A stretch of 38,580 nucleotides of DNA from an uncultured Planctomycetales bacterium (GCA_964354335.1 CAYGZJ010000001.1:1-38580), one strand, 5' to 3'. Shown: positions 8,120 through 17,310, counted from the stretch's first letter. A program made the numbers and translations. The notes: generated from the sequence alone by a model not told the origin.

Positions 8120-8398
8120 TTATTTGTCTACCTTAGACCCTACTTTTTCTCCGGCTTCTACCTTTTCTTTTTTGTCTTCTTTTACATTTTTTACTTCTTT
8201 TACTTCTTCCTTTTTGTTTTCCTTCTTTTCTCCTTTGGAATCTTGATTAACCAAAGGAATTTTTTTATTTTTTTCATCTAAAATTTCCTGACACCTTGAA
8301 CATGCTAATACCCTTCTTCTTTTTTCATTTATAGTCATAACTATTATTTTTAAATAATTATGGGCTAATTTCGTCCCGCATCTTATGCAATTATTCAT
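8120..8398 (-). CDS. Hypothetical zinc-ribbon protein with a Lys/Glu-rich tail
   Basis: 92 aa with CIRC...CSRC (two CxxC pairs) and a C-terminal KE-rich low-complexity region. AAGGAGAG lies upstream of the ATG. Confidence 0.55.
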   Translation of the reverse strand: MNNCIRCGTKLAHNYLKIIVMTINEKRRRVLACSRCQEILDEKNKKIPLVNQDSKGEKKENKKEEVKEVKNVKEDKKEKVEAGEKVGSKVDK

Positions 8399-8447
8399 CT
8401 CGTCTCTCCTTTATCGTCTTGAATTTTCCTTTTTTCTTCTTCCCCAC

Positions 8448-8900
8448 TTATTCCTCTTTTAGAAATTTACATGAATCCATATTTAAATCAAATGTCTTGC
8501 TATCTAGATTTCCTTCGGGGAAAATGAGTGTTAATTTAACAAACATAATTTCCTTTCTTAAATCAAACGTTTTGTATTTTATCCCTTGGGCGGTGAAATC
8601 AATTTCAATAGGATTACCTGCGGGCATTTTGGGAGTAACAACTAGCGATTTCAGTCTATCTGCATCCAGAGAATCTATTTGATCTTTTTTTACAAACTTC
8701 TTGAACTCCTCTAAATTTGCTGGCCAGTTTTTATTTTTATGATAATACTGCACTAAGGCCTTTGTAAGTGGGTTGATGTACTCACCGGCTATTCCTAATC
8801 CTGTATCTGTGCTACCCTCCATACCTGCTCCACAATCTGAAGAATATAATAAAACTACTGATGCCAAGCATATAAGAAGAGATAGTCTTATAATTTTCAT
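8448..8900 (-). CDS. Hypothetical secreted protein
   Basis: 150 aa with an N-terminal signal-like segment MKIIRLSLLICLASVVLLYSS. A strong SD is present (AAAGGAGGAAAGAU-AUG). No recognisable domain. Confidence 0.55.
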   Translation of the reverse strand: MKIIRLSLLICLASVVLLYSSDCGAGMEGSTDTGLGIAGEYINPLTKALVQYYHKNKNWPANLEEFKKFVKKDQIDSLDADRLKSLVVTPKMPAGNPIEIDFTAQGIKYKTFDLRKEIMFVKLTLIFPEGNLDSKTFDLNMDSCKFLKEE

Positions 8901-9150
8901 ATCTTTCCTCCTTTAGCGTATCATACCAAACAAAAAGGCAGCCCCCCATTGAGAGAGTTGGCAATAAACTTTATCTGATTAACCTCATTACCACTCCTTT
9001 GCGATTACACGCTTATTATACTCCTAAATTCCAAAAAATTGTGAGTAATTTGGGAGACACTATCTTAGACTCATAGCCCCACTCCACATACCCCCCCGAC
9101 TAAGTGTCCATAATAGACACCAATTGGCACCAACACACACCAACAGCCAC

Positions 9151-9182
9151 AAAAAAAACTCCGTAAGTGCTTAACGGAGTTT
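9151..9182 (-). terminator. Rho-independent terminator
   Basis: 9156-9164 pairs with 9174-9182 (9 bp, 9-nt loop). An eight-U run overlaps the last two pairs of the 3' arm, leaving six unpaired U (complement of 9151-9156). Confidence 0.75.
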
Positions 9183-9225
9183 GCATTTACAACAAAATCA
9201 ATTATTTATGGAAATTTTCCTTATC

Positions 9226-9359
9226 GATCCCTGAATCTTGCGTCCTACCCCCCCCTCCTTCGCCCTTTTAATCTAAAGTAAGAGATCCGATGGGCTTCGG
9301 GGGGCTGCGCTCGCATATAGCTAACCAAATCTGGCTCGCTTGATTAGACGACAGGGCAG
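9226..9359 (-). pseudogene. tRNA-Gln 5'-half remnant interrupted by a 93-nt insert at the D-loop
   Basis: 9343-9359 is identical (17/17) to 7952-7968. 9226-9249 matches 7929-7951 with two substitutions and one indel. The pieces are separated by 9250-9342. The T arm and 3' acceptor strand are absent. Confidence 0.7.
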
Positions 9360-9385
9360 TAAGGTAATTTCTAGGAGCGGATTGA

Positions 9386-9414
9386 ATTATATATCTCCGT
9401 AGGGATTCTTGCAA
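9386..9414 (-). promoter_or_regulatory. Sigma-70 promoter (minus strand) driving the tRNA-half transcript
   Basis: TTGCAA (9414-9409), 17 nt, TATAAT (9391-9386). Confidence 0.6.
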
Positions 9415-9437
9415 TAGAAATATAAATATGCTATATT
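9409..9437 (+). promoter_or_regulatory. Sigma-70 promoter (plus strand) for the 9498 gene
   Basis: TTGCAA (9409-9414), 17 nt, TATATT (9432-9437). It uses the same palindromic hexamer as the divergent promoter. Confidence 0.55.
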
Positions 9438-9497
9438 GGGTTTGTTCAATAGCAGTGCTATGCGCCTACTGTTAAGAATGCCCTAAGGAGGTCATTA

Positions 9498-9944
9498 ATG
9501 AGAAGACTACAATACGCCGCCTTGGTTTTGTCCTTTCTACTAACCGGCACTTTCATTCTTTACGCTCAATCCGATGCAACATCAGCTAATAAAAAAGGTA
9601 CTGTAAGGCCGCTGCCTATTGTCACCTCATCAACCATTTCTGAAGCCGAAACAGATCAGGACACATTCGGCTATAAGATGGGGCAGGGCGTACTCAACAT
9701 AGCCACTGCCTGGACCGATATCCCCCAACAGATACAGGAAACCTCCAAAGAAAGCAACATCTTCGTGGGTGCCACCGTGGGACTTATCAAAGGGATTTTC
9801 ACCGGACTTTACCGCGGGGTCACCGGGGCAGTCGACGTGGCCACCTTCGGTGTTCCTCCGTATGACGATGCAAAGGCAGAGCCGAGATATACGGTGAAAG
9901 ACCCGGAAAAAGACGGATACAAAGTAAATCTCTTCAACTGGTAA
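9498..9944 (+). CDS. Secreted small protein resembling the exosortase-system-associated TIGR04073 family
   Basis: 148 aa with a signal peptide and an AAGGAGG SD. The pattern KMGQGVLNIATAWTDIPQQI ... GLIKG..TGLYRGVTGAVDVATFGVPP resembles the family signature as I recall it. It is the only plus-strand gene. Confidence 0.5.
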   Translation: MRRLQYAALVLSFLLTGTFILYAQSDATSANKKGTVRPLPIVTSSTISEAETDQDTFGYKMGQGVLNIATAWTDIPQQIQETSKESNIFVGATVGLIKGIFTGLYRGVTGAVDVATFGVPPYDDAKAEPRYTVKDPEKDGYKVNLFNW

Positions 9945-10001
9945 CCGCCAGGACTTCCAACCGAAACACTTCTTTTATTTAATACTTACTAGCTATTTGA
10001 T

Positions 10002-13000
10002 TTATTTTTCAGAGGACTCCATGGTCTTGCGCGCTGCTTCTGAGCGGGTAAGTTCAAACTTATCGAGGAACTTTGACTGGAATTTCTGCATATAGAGGAA
10101 AAGTCCGGGAGTGACAAAAAGCGTGATAATCTGTGAAAATATAAGCCCTCCGACTACGATAAGACCCAGCGGCCGGCGGGATTCTCCGTCAGCTCCGAAG
10201 CCCAACGCAATAGGCACTGCTCCCATGATCGCGGCTAAACCGGTCATCAGGATCGGGCGAAAACGTACAATACAGGCATCATAAATCGCGTCAAAGTCGC
10301 TGACATTTCCCTTGTTAAGATTGGCGTTGGCAAAGTCAACCATCATGATGCCGTTTTTAGCGACGATGCCCAACAACATGAACATGCCGACGTAGCCGTA
10401 AAGCGAAAGCTCTGACCCGCATAAGAAAAGCGTAAGCAGACCTCCGAAAGTAGCCACAGGTAGAGTAGTCAAAATAGTAAGTGGGTGGACATAATTTTCG
10501 TAAAGTATGCCCAGGACTATGTATTTAAGGAAAACAGCGATAATAATCAAAATGCCCAGACTTGCCACCGCCTCCTGAAACTGCTGGGCCTCCCCCTGGA
10601 AGAATCCGGTGACACCCGGAGGAAAAGCCTTAGCTGCCGCATTCTCTAAAGTAGTAGTAGCATTGCCGATCGGAACACCCGGGTCAACATTAAAAGAAAG
10701 TGTCGCAGCATTGAGCTGGTTATAGTGCGGCACATCCTGCGGTCCTACTCCCTGATCCCACTTAGCTATGGCGCTTAAAGGAACAAGATCTCCACTTCTT
10801 CCCCCGTGAGGAACAAGAGCGGCGGTCGACGTAGAATGCATATATATGTGCGAAAGATTCTCCGGATTTTTCTGGAACTTTTTGTCTAGCTCAACAATAA
10901 CATTATAGATATCAACATCCGTCTTAAAGGTAGTGACCTTTCCCTGCGCATAGGATAAGGCCAGGGCATTTTCAATATCCTCGGCAGTGATGCCAAAAGT
11001 TGAAGCCCGGTCACGGTTGATCTTTATATTAAGCTGGGGCATGTTCAGCTTGACGCTGTTTTGCACATCGCGGATACCCGGAAGCTTGCGCATAGTCTTC
11101 TCAAAATCCAAAGCAGTTTTATAAAGCTGGTCCTGATCCGGCCCGGTCAAAACATAGGAATACTTGGCACCCGATGCCGTGCTTTCGGCTCCGGAGCTTA
11201 TTTTTAAGGTCGGAACAGGCTCTAAGAATACAAATCCGCTAGGAATCCTTCCTAGCTGGCCGCGCAACTTTTTGGTGACATCCTGAATATTCTCTTTTCT
11301 TTCTTCAAGCGGTTTCAAAATACTGAAGAAAAACCCTGTGCTCTGATCCGCTCCCGGAGAAAGCCCGGTGACCGTGATAAACCTGTCTACCGCTTTATCA
11401 TTTAAAACTACCTTGTCTATCGTCTGCTGATAAAGCTGCACCTTCTTTGTGGATGTCCCCAGAGGCACCAATATCCCGCCGCTTATAGAGCCGCTATCGC
11501 CTTCAGGAAGAAAGGACTGCGGCAGGACCAGGAAAAAAATAATTGTGCCCACAAAACAAAACACCCAGGCGATAATCGTAGTCATTGGCCGCTTCAGGGT
11601 CCAGGTAAGCCAGACTCCGTATGTATCGATGACATCTTTCATGAATTTATTCATGAATTTCTGCAGTGATTTTTCTTTGGTCTTCCCCTTTTCCTCTAAC
11701 ATGCGCGCGCACATCATCGGCGTAAGGGTCAGGGAAATGACTCCAGAGCAGAGAATCGCCAGGATTACCGTGATCGCAAACTCCTGAAACACCCTTCCTA
11801 CAGTACCGCCCATAAATACCAACGGCACAAAAATGATCGCCAGGGACAAGGTCATGGAAATGATTGTAAAGGTGATCTCCTGCGCGCTCTCAATAGCCGC
11901 GGCTAATGGCTTTTTTCCTTTTTCAACCAGGCGGACTGTATTTTCCAATACGACAATGGCATCATCAACCACAAAACCCACTGAAAGCGTCAGGCCCATC
12001 AGCGAAAGGTTATCGAGGCTGAACCTAAAGACATACATAAGTATGAAGGTGGCAACAATGGATAAAGGCAGGGTGATACTGGGAATGATCGTGTCTGAAA
12101 GGCTGCCCAGAAATAAATAAATGATAAGGATGACCAGGATCAGCGCGATAACAATGGTAAGCTTTACATCATTGACTGAATCCACGATAGTAATGGACTT
12201 ATCGTAGAATATATCCACTTTTACCGAACCGGGAATTTCCTTTTGTAACTGCGCGATTGTCTCCCTGAGACGCTGGGCAAGAGCCACTGTATTAGAGCCG
12301 CCGACACGTGAGATAGCTACTACCACCGTTCCGCCGTGCACTCCCTCTCCAGACTTACCGTAATCGACGCTCATCACGTCATTATCAACGCTATCAATAC
12401 ACCTGCCGATATCCTTAAGTCTTATCGGCGCATTATTGCGGTAGGCGACAATGACATTCTCATAATCCTTAGCCAAGAAAAGCTGTCCCTTGGGCTCGAT
12501 AGAAAATGTGCGTACTTCCCCATTTAAACTTCCTCCAGGAACAGTAACTGTGCCGCTATTAATGGCATTGGCCACTTCGGCGATACCTATCTGGTAGGCG
12601 GACATTTTATTAGGATCAACCTGAACTCGTACCGCGGTCTTTGCGCCCCAGGTCTGCACCTGCGAAACATCCTGCACCATACTCAGGCGCTGGCCGATAG
12701 TCCTGTTCCCAAAATCATAGAGCTGTCCGGAAGTAAGGGTATCAGAGTTAACCAGTAAATACATAATCGGTGTATCGCTAGGATTAGTCTTGGAATAGCT
12801 GGGCGGCGCCGGAAGGTCAGTAGGAAGATTTCCTGTTGCGCGCTGAATTGCCGCCTGCACGTCAGGAGCAGCCAGATCAACGCTGCGGCTGAGCTCAAAG
12901 GTAAGCATGATCTTGGTCTGGCCTTCAGTGTTATCCGAAATAATGGTGTTAAGCCCGGGAATCTGGGTAAACTGATTTTCCAGAGGCGAAGCCACGGTCA

Positions 13001-13181
13001 TAGCCATGGTATTGGGGCTTGCTCCGGGATAAGAGACGCTAACCGTAATAACCGGATAATCAACAACCGGAAGGTCACTGATTGGCAGCTTCATGTATGC
13101 CGCGATGCCAAATATCAACACCACCACCATCACCAGGGTGGTCATGATCGGCTTGCGGATAAAATTTTCCGAGAAATTCAT
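10002..13181 (-). CDS. RND efflux transporter permease (AcrB/HAE1-like)
   Basis: 1059 aa with 12-TM/two-large-loop architecture. The N-terminus FIRKPIMTTLVM and the conserved TM4 region VGFVVDDAIVVLEN are typical. Confidence 0.9.
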   Translation of the reverse strand: MNFSENFIRKPIMTTLVMVVVLIFGIAAYMKLPISDLPVVDYPVITVSVSYPGASPNTMAMTVASPLENQFTQIPGLNTIISDNTEGQTKIMLTFELSRSVDLAAPDVQAAIQRATGNLPTDLPAPPSYSKTNPSDTPIMYLLVNSDTLTSGQLYDFGNRTIGQRLSMVQDVSQVQTWGAKTAVRVQVDPNKMSAYQIGIAEVANAINSGTVTVPGGSLNGEVRTFSIEPKGQLFLAKDYENVIVAYRNNAPIRLKDIGRCIDSVDNDVMSVDYGKSGEGVHGGTVVVAISRVGGSNTVALAQRLRETIAQLQKEIPGSVKVDIFYDKSITIVDSVNDVKLTIVIALILVILIIYLFLGSLSDTIIPSITLPLSIVATFILMYVFRFSLDNLSLMGLTLSVGFVVDDAIVVLENTVRLVEKGKKPLAAAIESAQEITFTIISMTLSLAIIFVPLVFMGGTVGRVFQEFAITVILAILCSGVISLTLTPMMCARMLEEKGKTKEKSLQKFMNKFMKDVIDTYGVWLTWTLKRPMTTIIAWVFCFVGTIIFFLVLPQSFLPEGDSGSISGGILVPLGTSTKKVQLYQQTIDKVVLNDKAVDRFITVTGLSPGADQSTGFFFSILKPLEERKENIQDVTKKLRGQLGRIPSGFVFLEPVPTLKISSGAESTASGAKYSYVLTGPDQDQLYKTALDFEKTMRKLPGIRDVQNSVKLNMPQLNIKINRDRASTFGITAEDIENALALSYAQGKVTTFKTDVDIYNVIVELDKKFQKNPENLSHIYMHSTSTAALVPHGGRSGDLVPLSAIAKWDQGVGPQDVPHYNQLNAATLSFNVDPGVPIGNATTTLENAAAKAFPPGVTGFFQGEAQQFQEAVASLGILIIIAVFLKYIVLGILYENYVHPLTILTTLPVATFGGLLTLFLCGSELSLYGYVGMFMLLGIVAKNGIMMVDFANANLNKGNVSDFDAIYDACIVRFRPILMTGLAAIMGAVPIALGFGADGESRRPLGLIVVGGLIFSQIITLFVTPGLFLYMQKFQSKFLDKFELTRSEAARKTMESSEK

Positions 13182-13184
13182 ACT

Positions 13185-14390
13185 TTACCTTTTCTGTTTT
13201 TGCATCTGCATTTTTTCTTCCATAGCCTTCATCTGAACGGTATCTATGACCCATGCCCCGGGACTTAAACCAAGCTGACCGGCGGTGACTACTCTTTCAC
13301 CCGGCTTAACGCCAGCATATACAACAATATTTCCTTCCTGGCGGTTTCCGGTTTTAACCAGCCTTAAATCTGCTTTGTTATCGGCAGTAACTACAAAAAG
13401 ATAGCTACCACTCTGCCCCAACTGCACCGCATCATACGGCACCTGTATCGCATTTTTTTCTATGCTTAAAATAAGACGGACGGTAACAAATTGTCCGGCC
13501 CATAATTGTCTGTCTTTATTGGAAACGATGGCGCGCAGAAGAAACGTACCGGTGGTGTTATCCACTGCATTATCCAGCAGCGTAAGCTCTCCCGTATAGA
13601 CCTTAGTCGGATCATCGTTAGCCACGATTTCCACTTTAAGCTTTCCCTCGCCCATCGCCTGTCGCACCTTGAACAGATCAGTTTCGGTAACAGTAAAATC
13701 CACATACAGTTCGTCTATGGCCTTGATATTCACCAGCGTCGGTCCGTCATTGGCAGTAATGATATTGCCGAGATCCACCTGGTGTTTTCCACTGCGACCG
13801 TCTACCGGAGAACGGATGTAGCAATATTCCAGATTGATTTTTGCCAGTTCAACTTCCGCGTTATCTAAGCGCACCTGTGCTTCTGCGCTGGACAAATCCA
13901 CGGAATACGTGTCAAAGTCCTGTTTAGAAATAAGCTGCTTATCAGAAAGAACCTTGTTTCTTTCGTAAGTCACCTTCTTGAGCTTCAGGTCAGCCAGGGC
14001 CTGATTCAGACTAGCCCTAGCCTTATCCAGCTGGGCCTTAAAAGTCGCTGGGTCAATGGTAAAAAGCAGGTCGCCCTTTTTTACTTCATCCCCTTCCGTA
14101 AAGTTAATCTCTTTTATCTGGCCGGTAACCTGGGATTTTATATCCACGTCATAAAGCGAATAAAGGTTGCCGAAAGATTCCAGATATACCGGAGCGTCTT
14201 TTGTAAAAGCCAACCCGACTTCTACCGGACGAGGAAAAGCTTCCTGATGCGGTTTCTTATGGAAAACCCCCTTAAAAATAAAAAACCCTCCCGCGATCAC
14301 ACAGGCAATGATAATCATGCGCATGCCCATATTCGACTTTTTTGTCTTAGCCGGCACCGGCGTAATCTCTAATTCTTTTTTATCCATCAT
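13185..14390 (-). CDS. RND efflux periplasmic adaptor (membrane fusion protein)
   Basis: 401 aa with an N-terminal anchor, lipoyl/hairpin/beta-barrel pattern (GQIKEINFTEGDEVKKGDLLFTID). It ends 3 nt upstream of the RND permease gene. Confidence 0.85.
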   Translation of the reverse strand: MMDKKELEITPVPAKTKKSNMGMRMIIIACVIAGGFFIFKGVFHKKPHQEAFPRPVEVGLAFTKDAPVYLESFGNLYSLYDVDIKSQVTGQIKEINFTEGDEVKKGDLLFTIDPATFKAQLDKARASLNQALADLKLKKVTYERNKVLSDKQLISKQDFDTYSVDLSSAEAQVRLDNAEVELAKINLEYCYIRSPVDGRSGKHQVDLGNIITANDGPTLVNIKAIDELYVDFTVTETDLFKVRQAMGEGKLKVEIVANDDPTKVYTGELTLLDNAVDNTTGTFLLRAIVSNKDRQLWAGQFVTVRLILSIEKNAIQVPYDAVQLGQSGSYLFVVTADNKADLRLVKTGNRQEGNIVVYAGVKPGERVVTAGQLGLSPGAWVIDTVQMKAMEEKMQMQKQKR

Positions 14391-14430
14391 GTGTCCCCCT
14401 ATAATCTACCCGTGATAGAAGAAAAATAAA

Positions 14431-15963
14431 TCATTTATCTTTTTCTAAACCAATTTTTATATTCGGCGTCCCGGTTGAATGCGCAAGCTCTGCCAATGAG
14501 GTAAAAACTTCCTTTTTGGCCTGGATAAGCCGGCTGCGCGCCTGAGAAAGATTACTTTGCGACTGGACCAGATCCAGGATACTTTTTAATCCGGCGTTGT
14601 AGCTTTCCAAAGCAAGATCATAGGAAGTTTCCGATGTCTCAAGATACGAACGGCTGAATTTAAGCTTCTGCACCGCGGTACTAAAATCATAATATTTTAC
14701 CCAGACATCGGAGCTAGCGTCAAGCTCTGCCTGGACCAGCTTATCAAAAGCTATAGCTGCCTGATAGTCCGCCTCTTTCTTTTTGTTCCAGTTATTGAAC
14801 CCGTCAAAAACATTCCAGTTCACGCTTAAATAAGCGGAGTAATCGCGCTGGTTATCCTTAAGGCCTCCGGAATTATAATAGCGGTACCTATCCTGCTGGG
14901 CGCTGGCTCCAAGATTTAAATTCGGCAGTACATCGGAAAAAGCGGCGCGCGCTGCAGCCTTCTTAGATTTTAGATCAGCCTGAAACGCCTTTATATCCGG
15001 ACGCTTGCTCAGCGACTCTTCGATCAGCCGGCTGACATCCTCTTCAGTGACTCCAGTAGGCACATCTTTAGCAGGGGCGACAATTTCAAAATTGGTATCT
15101 GCCGAGACTCCTATAACTTTGGCCAGGTCAGCCTTAGCATTTTTTACTTCTCCTTTAGCGCTTTCTAAGTTATATAGCGAATTCTCGTAGTCAGACTTAG
15201 CCTGAAGCACATCAAGCTTAGCAACCAGGCCCACATCAAATTTAGCCTGCGCGGCGTCGTAGTCGGTCTTGGTATTCTTGACATCCAGCTCTTCCGCCTC
15301 TACCAACGACTGAGCGCTGTAGTAGGCGTAATAGGTTTTCTGCACATCACGGATCAGGTCCTGCAAAGACTGGTCATATTGGGCATTGGCCTCAAGGACC
15401 TTCTGAAATTTAGACTCAATGGAGGCGCTTCTGCCGCCGAAATCAAGCAAGAGATAGGTCAGCTGGGCGCTGGGACCGTAATAAGAATTATTGATGCTGT
15501 TCCCGGCGATATTAGAGACCTGTTTCTGGCGGGTTATAGTCTGGGCAATAGTTAACTGCGGATAGAGTAAGCTCTCTGCCTGTTTTTCCTGCGCCCTGGC
15601 TACGCGCGTCTGCTCCCAATCCTGTCGCGTTTGGGGATTATTGCTAAGCGCCATATCAACAAGTTCAGTCAAAGTAAAATTCTTTTCTGAATTTATCCTT
15701 TGTTTCTGAATGGATTTCCAGGCAGGATCCTTGATTTTGGCTGCGGTGGCTTTGGCATCCGCGGTTGGCCTGCCTTGCCGCTTCCTGTCTTTAATGAAAT
15801 CATCCGCGAAAGACTGGGCTTCCTGTATCTGTTCTGTTTTGGCCGTATCGACCTGCAACAGCGAAGGAGCTGGCGGCGTCCTGACCATATGACAGCCGGC
15901 TAAAAAAACCAGAACACCAATAATTAGTACGGGTACCTTATTATCTTTTAATAAATAGGGCAT
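14431..15963 (-). CDS. TolC/OMF-family outer-membrane efflux protein (lipobox LAGC)
   Basis: 510 aa with two TolC-like repeats rich in coiled-coil/Ala-Gln segments. It is the first gene of the efflux triad. Confidence 0.8.
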   Translation of the reverse strand: MPYLLKDNKVPVLIIGVLVFLAGCHMVRTPPAPSLLQVDTAKTEQIQEAQSFADDFIKDRKRQGRPTADAKATAAKIKDPAWKSIQKQRINSEKNFTLTELVDMALSNNPQTRQDWEQTRVARAQEKQAESLLYPQLTIAQTITRQKQVSNIAGNSINNSYYGPSAQLTYLLLDFGGRSASIESKFQKVLEANAQYDQSLQDLIRDVQKTYYAYYSAQSLVEAEELDVKNTKTDYDAAQAKFDVGLVAKLDVLQAKSDYENSLYNLESAKGEVKNAKADLAKVIGVSADTNFEIVAPAKDVPTGVTEEDVSRLIEESLSKRPDIKAFQADLKSKKAAARAAFSDVLPNLNLGASAQQDRYRYYNSGGLKDNQRDYSAYLSVNWNVFDGFNNWNKKKEADYQAAIAFDKLVQAELDASSDVWVKYYDFSTAVQKLKFSRSYLETSETSYDLALESYNAGLKSILDLVQSQSNLSQARSRLIQAKKEVFTSLAELAHSTGTPNIKIGLEKDK

Positions 15964-16058
15964 TGAGATTATATTTTTTATTAATTTAGTATTCTACCAC
16001 AAAAAACTGTTATTTTATACAGTTTAGAAGAATTTTTGCGCGGGGCTTATTATTTTTA

Positions 16059-16418
16059 TTATCGGGCAGGTGATGCGTGCGGGGAACCGAGAATGCTTTC
16101 TAGTTGGGAAACGCTGTTTTCCATGATGTTGCTTGCGCCGGATTCTAAACCGGTAGATTCCTCGGAAATAATTCCTGATGTTTGGCTTGGGGAGCTAAAA
16201 CTATCCGATGTGTCTGAGAAAGATTCTTCGGGCGCGCTGAAATCAGATGATGGCGCGCTAAAATCCTCGGAAGGGCTGCTGAAATCTTCTGATGGGCTGC
16301 TGAAATCTTCCGATGGGCTGCTGAAATCCCCGGAAGAATCGCTAAATGATGAATCTTGCGCCCAGGCAACGGTTAAAAACAAAAACGAAGCAAATATCAA
16401 CATGACAATTTTTCTCAT
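16059..16418 (-). CDS. Secreted acidic Ser-rich repeat protein
   Basis: 119 aa with signal peptide MRKIVMLIFASFLFLTVAWA. The mature part is dominated by (S-P-S-E-D-F-S)-type heptads. Confidence 0.55.
   Translation of the reverse strand: MRKIVMLIFASFLFLTVAWAQDSSFSDSSGDFSSPSEDFSSPSEDFSSPSEDFSAPSSDFSAPEESFSDTSDSFSSPSQTSGIISEESTGLESGASNIMENSVSQLESILGSPHASPAR
16231..16335 (-). repeat. Five tandem 21-bp (7-codon) repeats inside the Ser-rich gene
   Basis: Units start at 16231, 16252, 16273, 16294 and 16315. The units at 16273 and 16294 differ by one base; the unit at 16315 shares their first 14 bases (gggctgctgaaatc) and then diverges. Confidence 0.85.
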
Positions 16419-16422
16419 ATGA

Positions 16423-16866
16423 TCACAAAATCCTTTTCTGCAGAAAAAGTATAAACAAGCCGACTAAAATCTGAATTCCCGCAAAAACTTTAAGCATACG
16501 GATCGGTACTTTCGCAAATTGCTCTGTAAGCTTTCGCAGCGCTTTCTTTCTTAAAAAAATGAATGCCCGGATAATAATAAATACCCCGGCCACGATCAAC
16601 AATATTGAGGCGATGCCCGGGACTTTAGAGCTTAAGGATATAAAAAGCATGGCCACATAAAGAGTAAGAAAAAACAGCGGCCACTTAAGGATCCCGAAGC
16701 TCTGGCTGATCAGCTTATTGCGCGCCCTTTCCGGACGCGCTAAAAACATGGCCCCGGTAATGATCAGAAACCAACCTAAGATTATGATAAAAATCTTGGT
16801 CTTGCCAAAAAGGAAATTAATTAGCTTATAAAATCCTGTTTTAATAAGTTTTAATAAATAAAACAT
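16423..16866 (-). CDS. Hypothetical membrane protein (about 4 TM)
   Basis: 147 aa, hydrophobic. It ends 4 nt before the next gene. Confidence 0.5.
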   Translation of the reverse strand: MFYLLKLIKTGFYKLINFLFGKTKIFIIILGWFLIITGAMFLARPERARNKLISQSFGILKWPLFFLTLYVAMLFISLSSKVPGIASILLIVAGVFIIIRAFIFLRKKALRKLTEQFAKVPIRMLKVFAGIQILVGLFILFLQKRIL

Positions 16867-16884
16867 GTGATTTTCAGATTATGT

Positions 16885-17307
16885 TTATTGAATATTCGAT
16901 ACGGTGTCAGCGCCTGATTTACCAAGCTCTGCTTTTAATGCGGCGTTCTCTTTGGCAAGCGTATTGTTCTCGGCGTTGACCTGCTCCAGCTTCCACTGCA
17001 CATCCTTCAGATCCGCTTCCAGCTCCGCGACCTTATCCTCGCCGGCCTTGACCTTCTCATCCAGATCAGATTTTATCTGAGTGAAATTCTGCTGCAGCTC
17101 TTTTTTGGCTTCCGCATCCCTGCGCAGCGACTCGTTTTCCGCGGCCAATTTCTGGTTTTCCTCATTGACCACATCGATCTGAAACTGCCTTTCCTTGAGC
17201 GCCTGGGCAAGATCATTCCTGTCCTTCAGGAGCAACAAAGAAAAGCTAACGCTGCCTACAATGATGATCCCGCAGATGATGCGGATGATCAATTTCGTGT
17301 TTTTCAT
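16885..17307 (-). CDS. Hypothetical N-terminally anchored coiled-coil protein
   Basis: 140 aa with one N-terminal TM helix and then heptad-rich sequence (..NQKLAAENESLRRDAEAKKELQQ..). Confidence 0.5.
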   Translation of the reverse strand: MKNTKLIIRIICGIIIVGSVSFSLLLLKDRNDLAQALKERQFQIDVVNEENQKLAAENESLRRDAEAKKELQQNFTQIKSDLDEKVKAGEDKVAELEADLKDVQWKLEQVNAENNTLAKENAALKAELGKSGADTVSNIQ

Positions 17308-17310
17308 ATG

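Larger units (their letters stand above)
9151..9379 (-). ncRNA. Candidate ~230-nt non-coding transcript containing tRNA-Gln 5'-half-derived sequence
   Basis: It is bounded by a near-consensus promoter (9386-9414) and the terminator at 9151-9182. No SD-preceded ORF is present. Confidence 0.45.

Noticed and set aside
8045-8281. 78-aa Phe-rich plus-strand ORF, and the 8419-8682 plus-strand ORF
   Set aside because: They are mirror images of the Lys/Glu-rich tail of the zinc-ribbon gene and of the secreted-protein gene. The minus-strand genes have strong SDs and sensible N-termini.
9250-9342. The 93-nt insert in the tRNA-half copy as a group I or archaeal-type tRNA intron, or the 38-codon ATG frame as a small protein
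   Set aside because: It is too short for a group I intron. No 3' tRNA half follows that could be spliced to. The small frame has no SD and is Arg/Gly/Pro-rich because of the C6/G6 tracts.
10002-15963. The RND/MFP/TolC triad as something unusual
   Set aside because: It has the standard three-component efflux architecture with canonical motifs and spacing. The internal antisense ORFs (11449-11787, 11833-12120, 13506-13868 and others) are shadows.
16036-16422. 128-aa plus-strand ORF over the serine-rich repeat, and the 16145-16369 minus-strand alternative frame
   Set aside because: Repeat-driven open frames. Only the 16059-16418 minus-strand frame has a proper signal peptide and fits the operon spacing.
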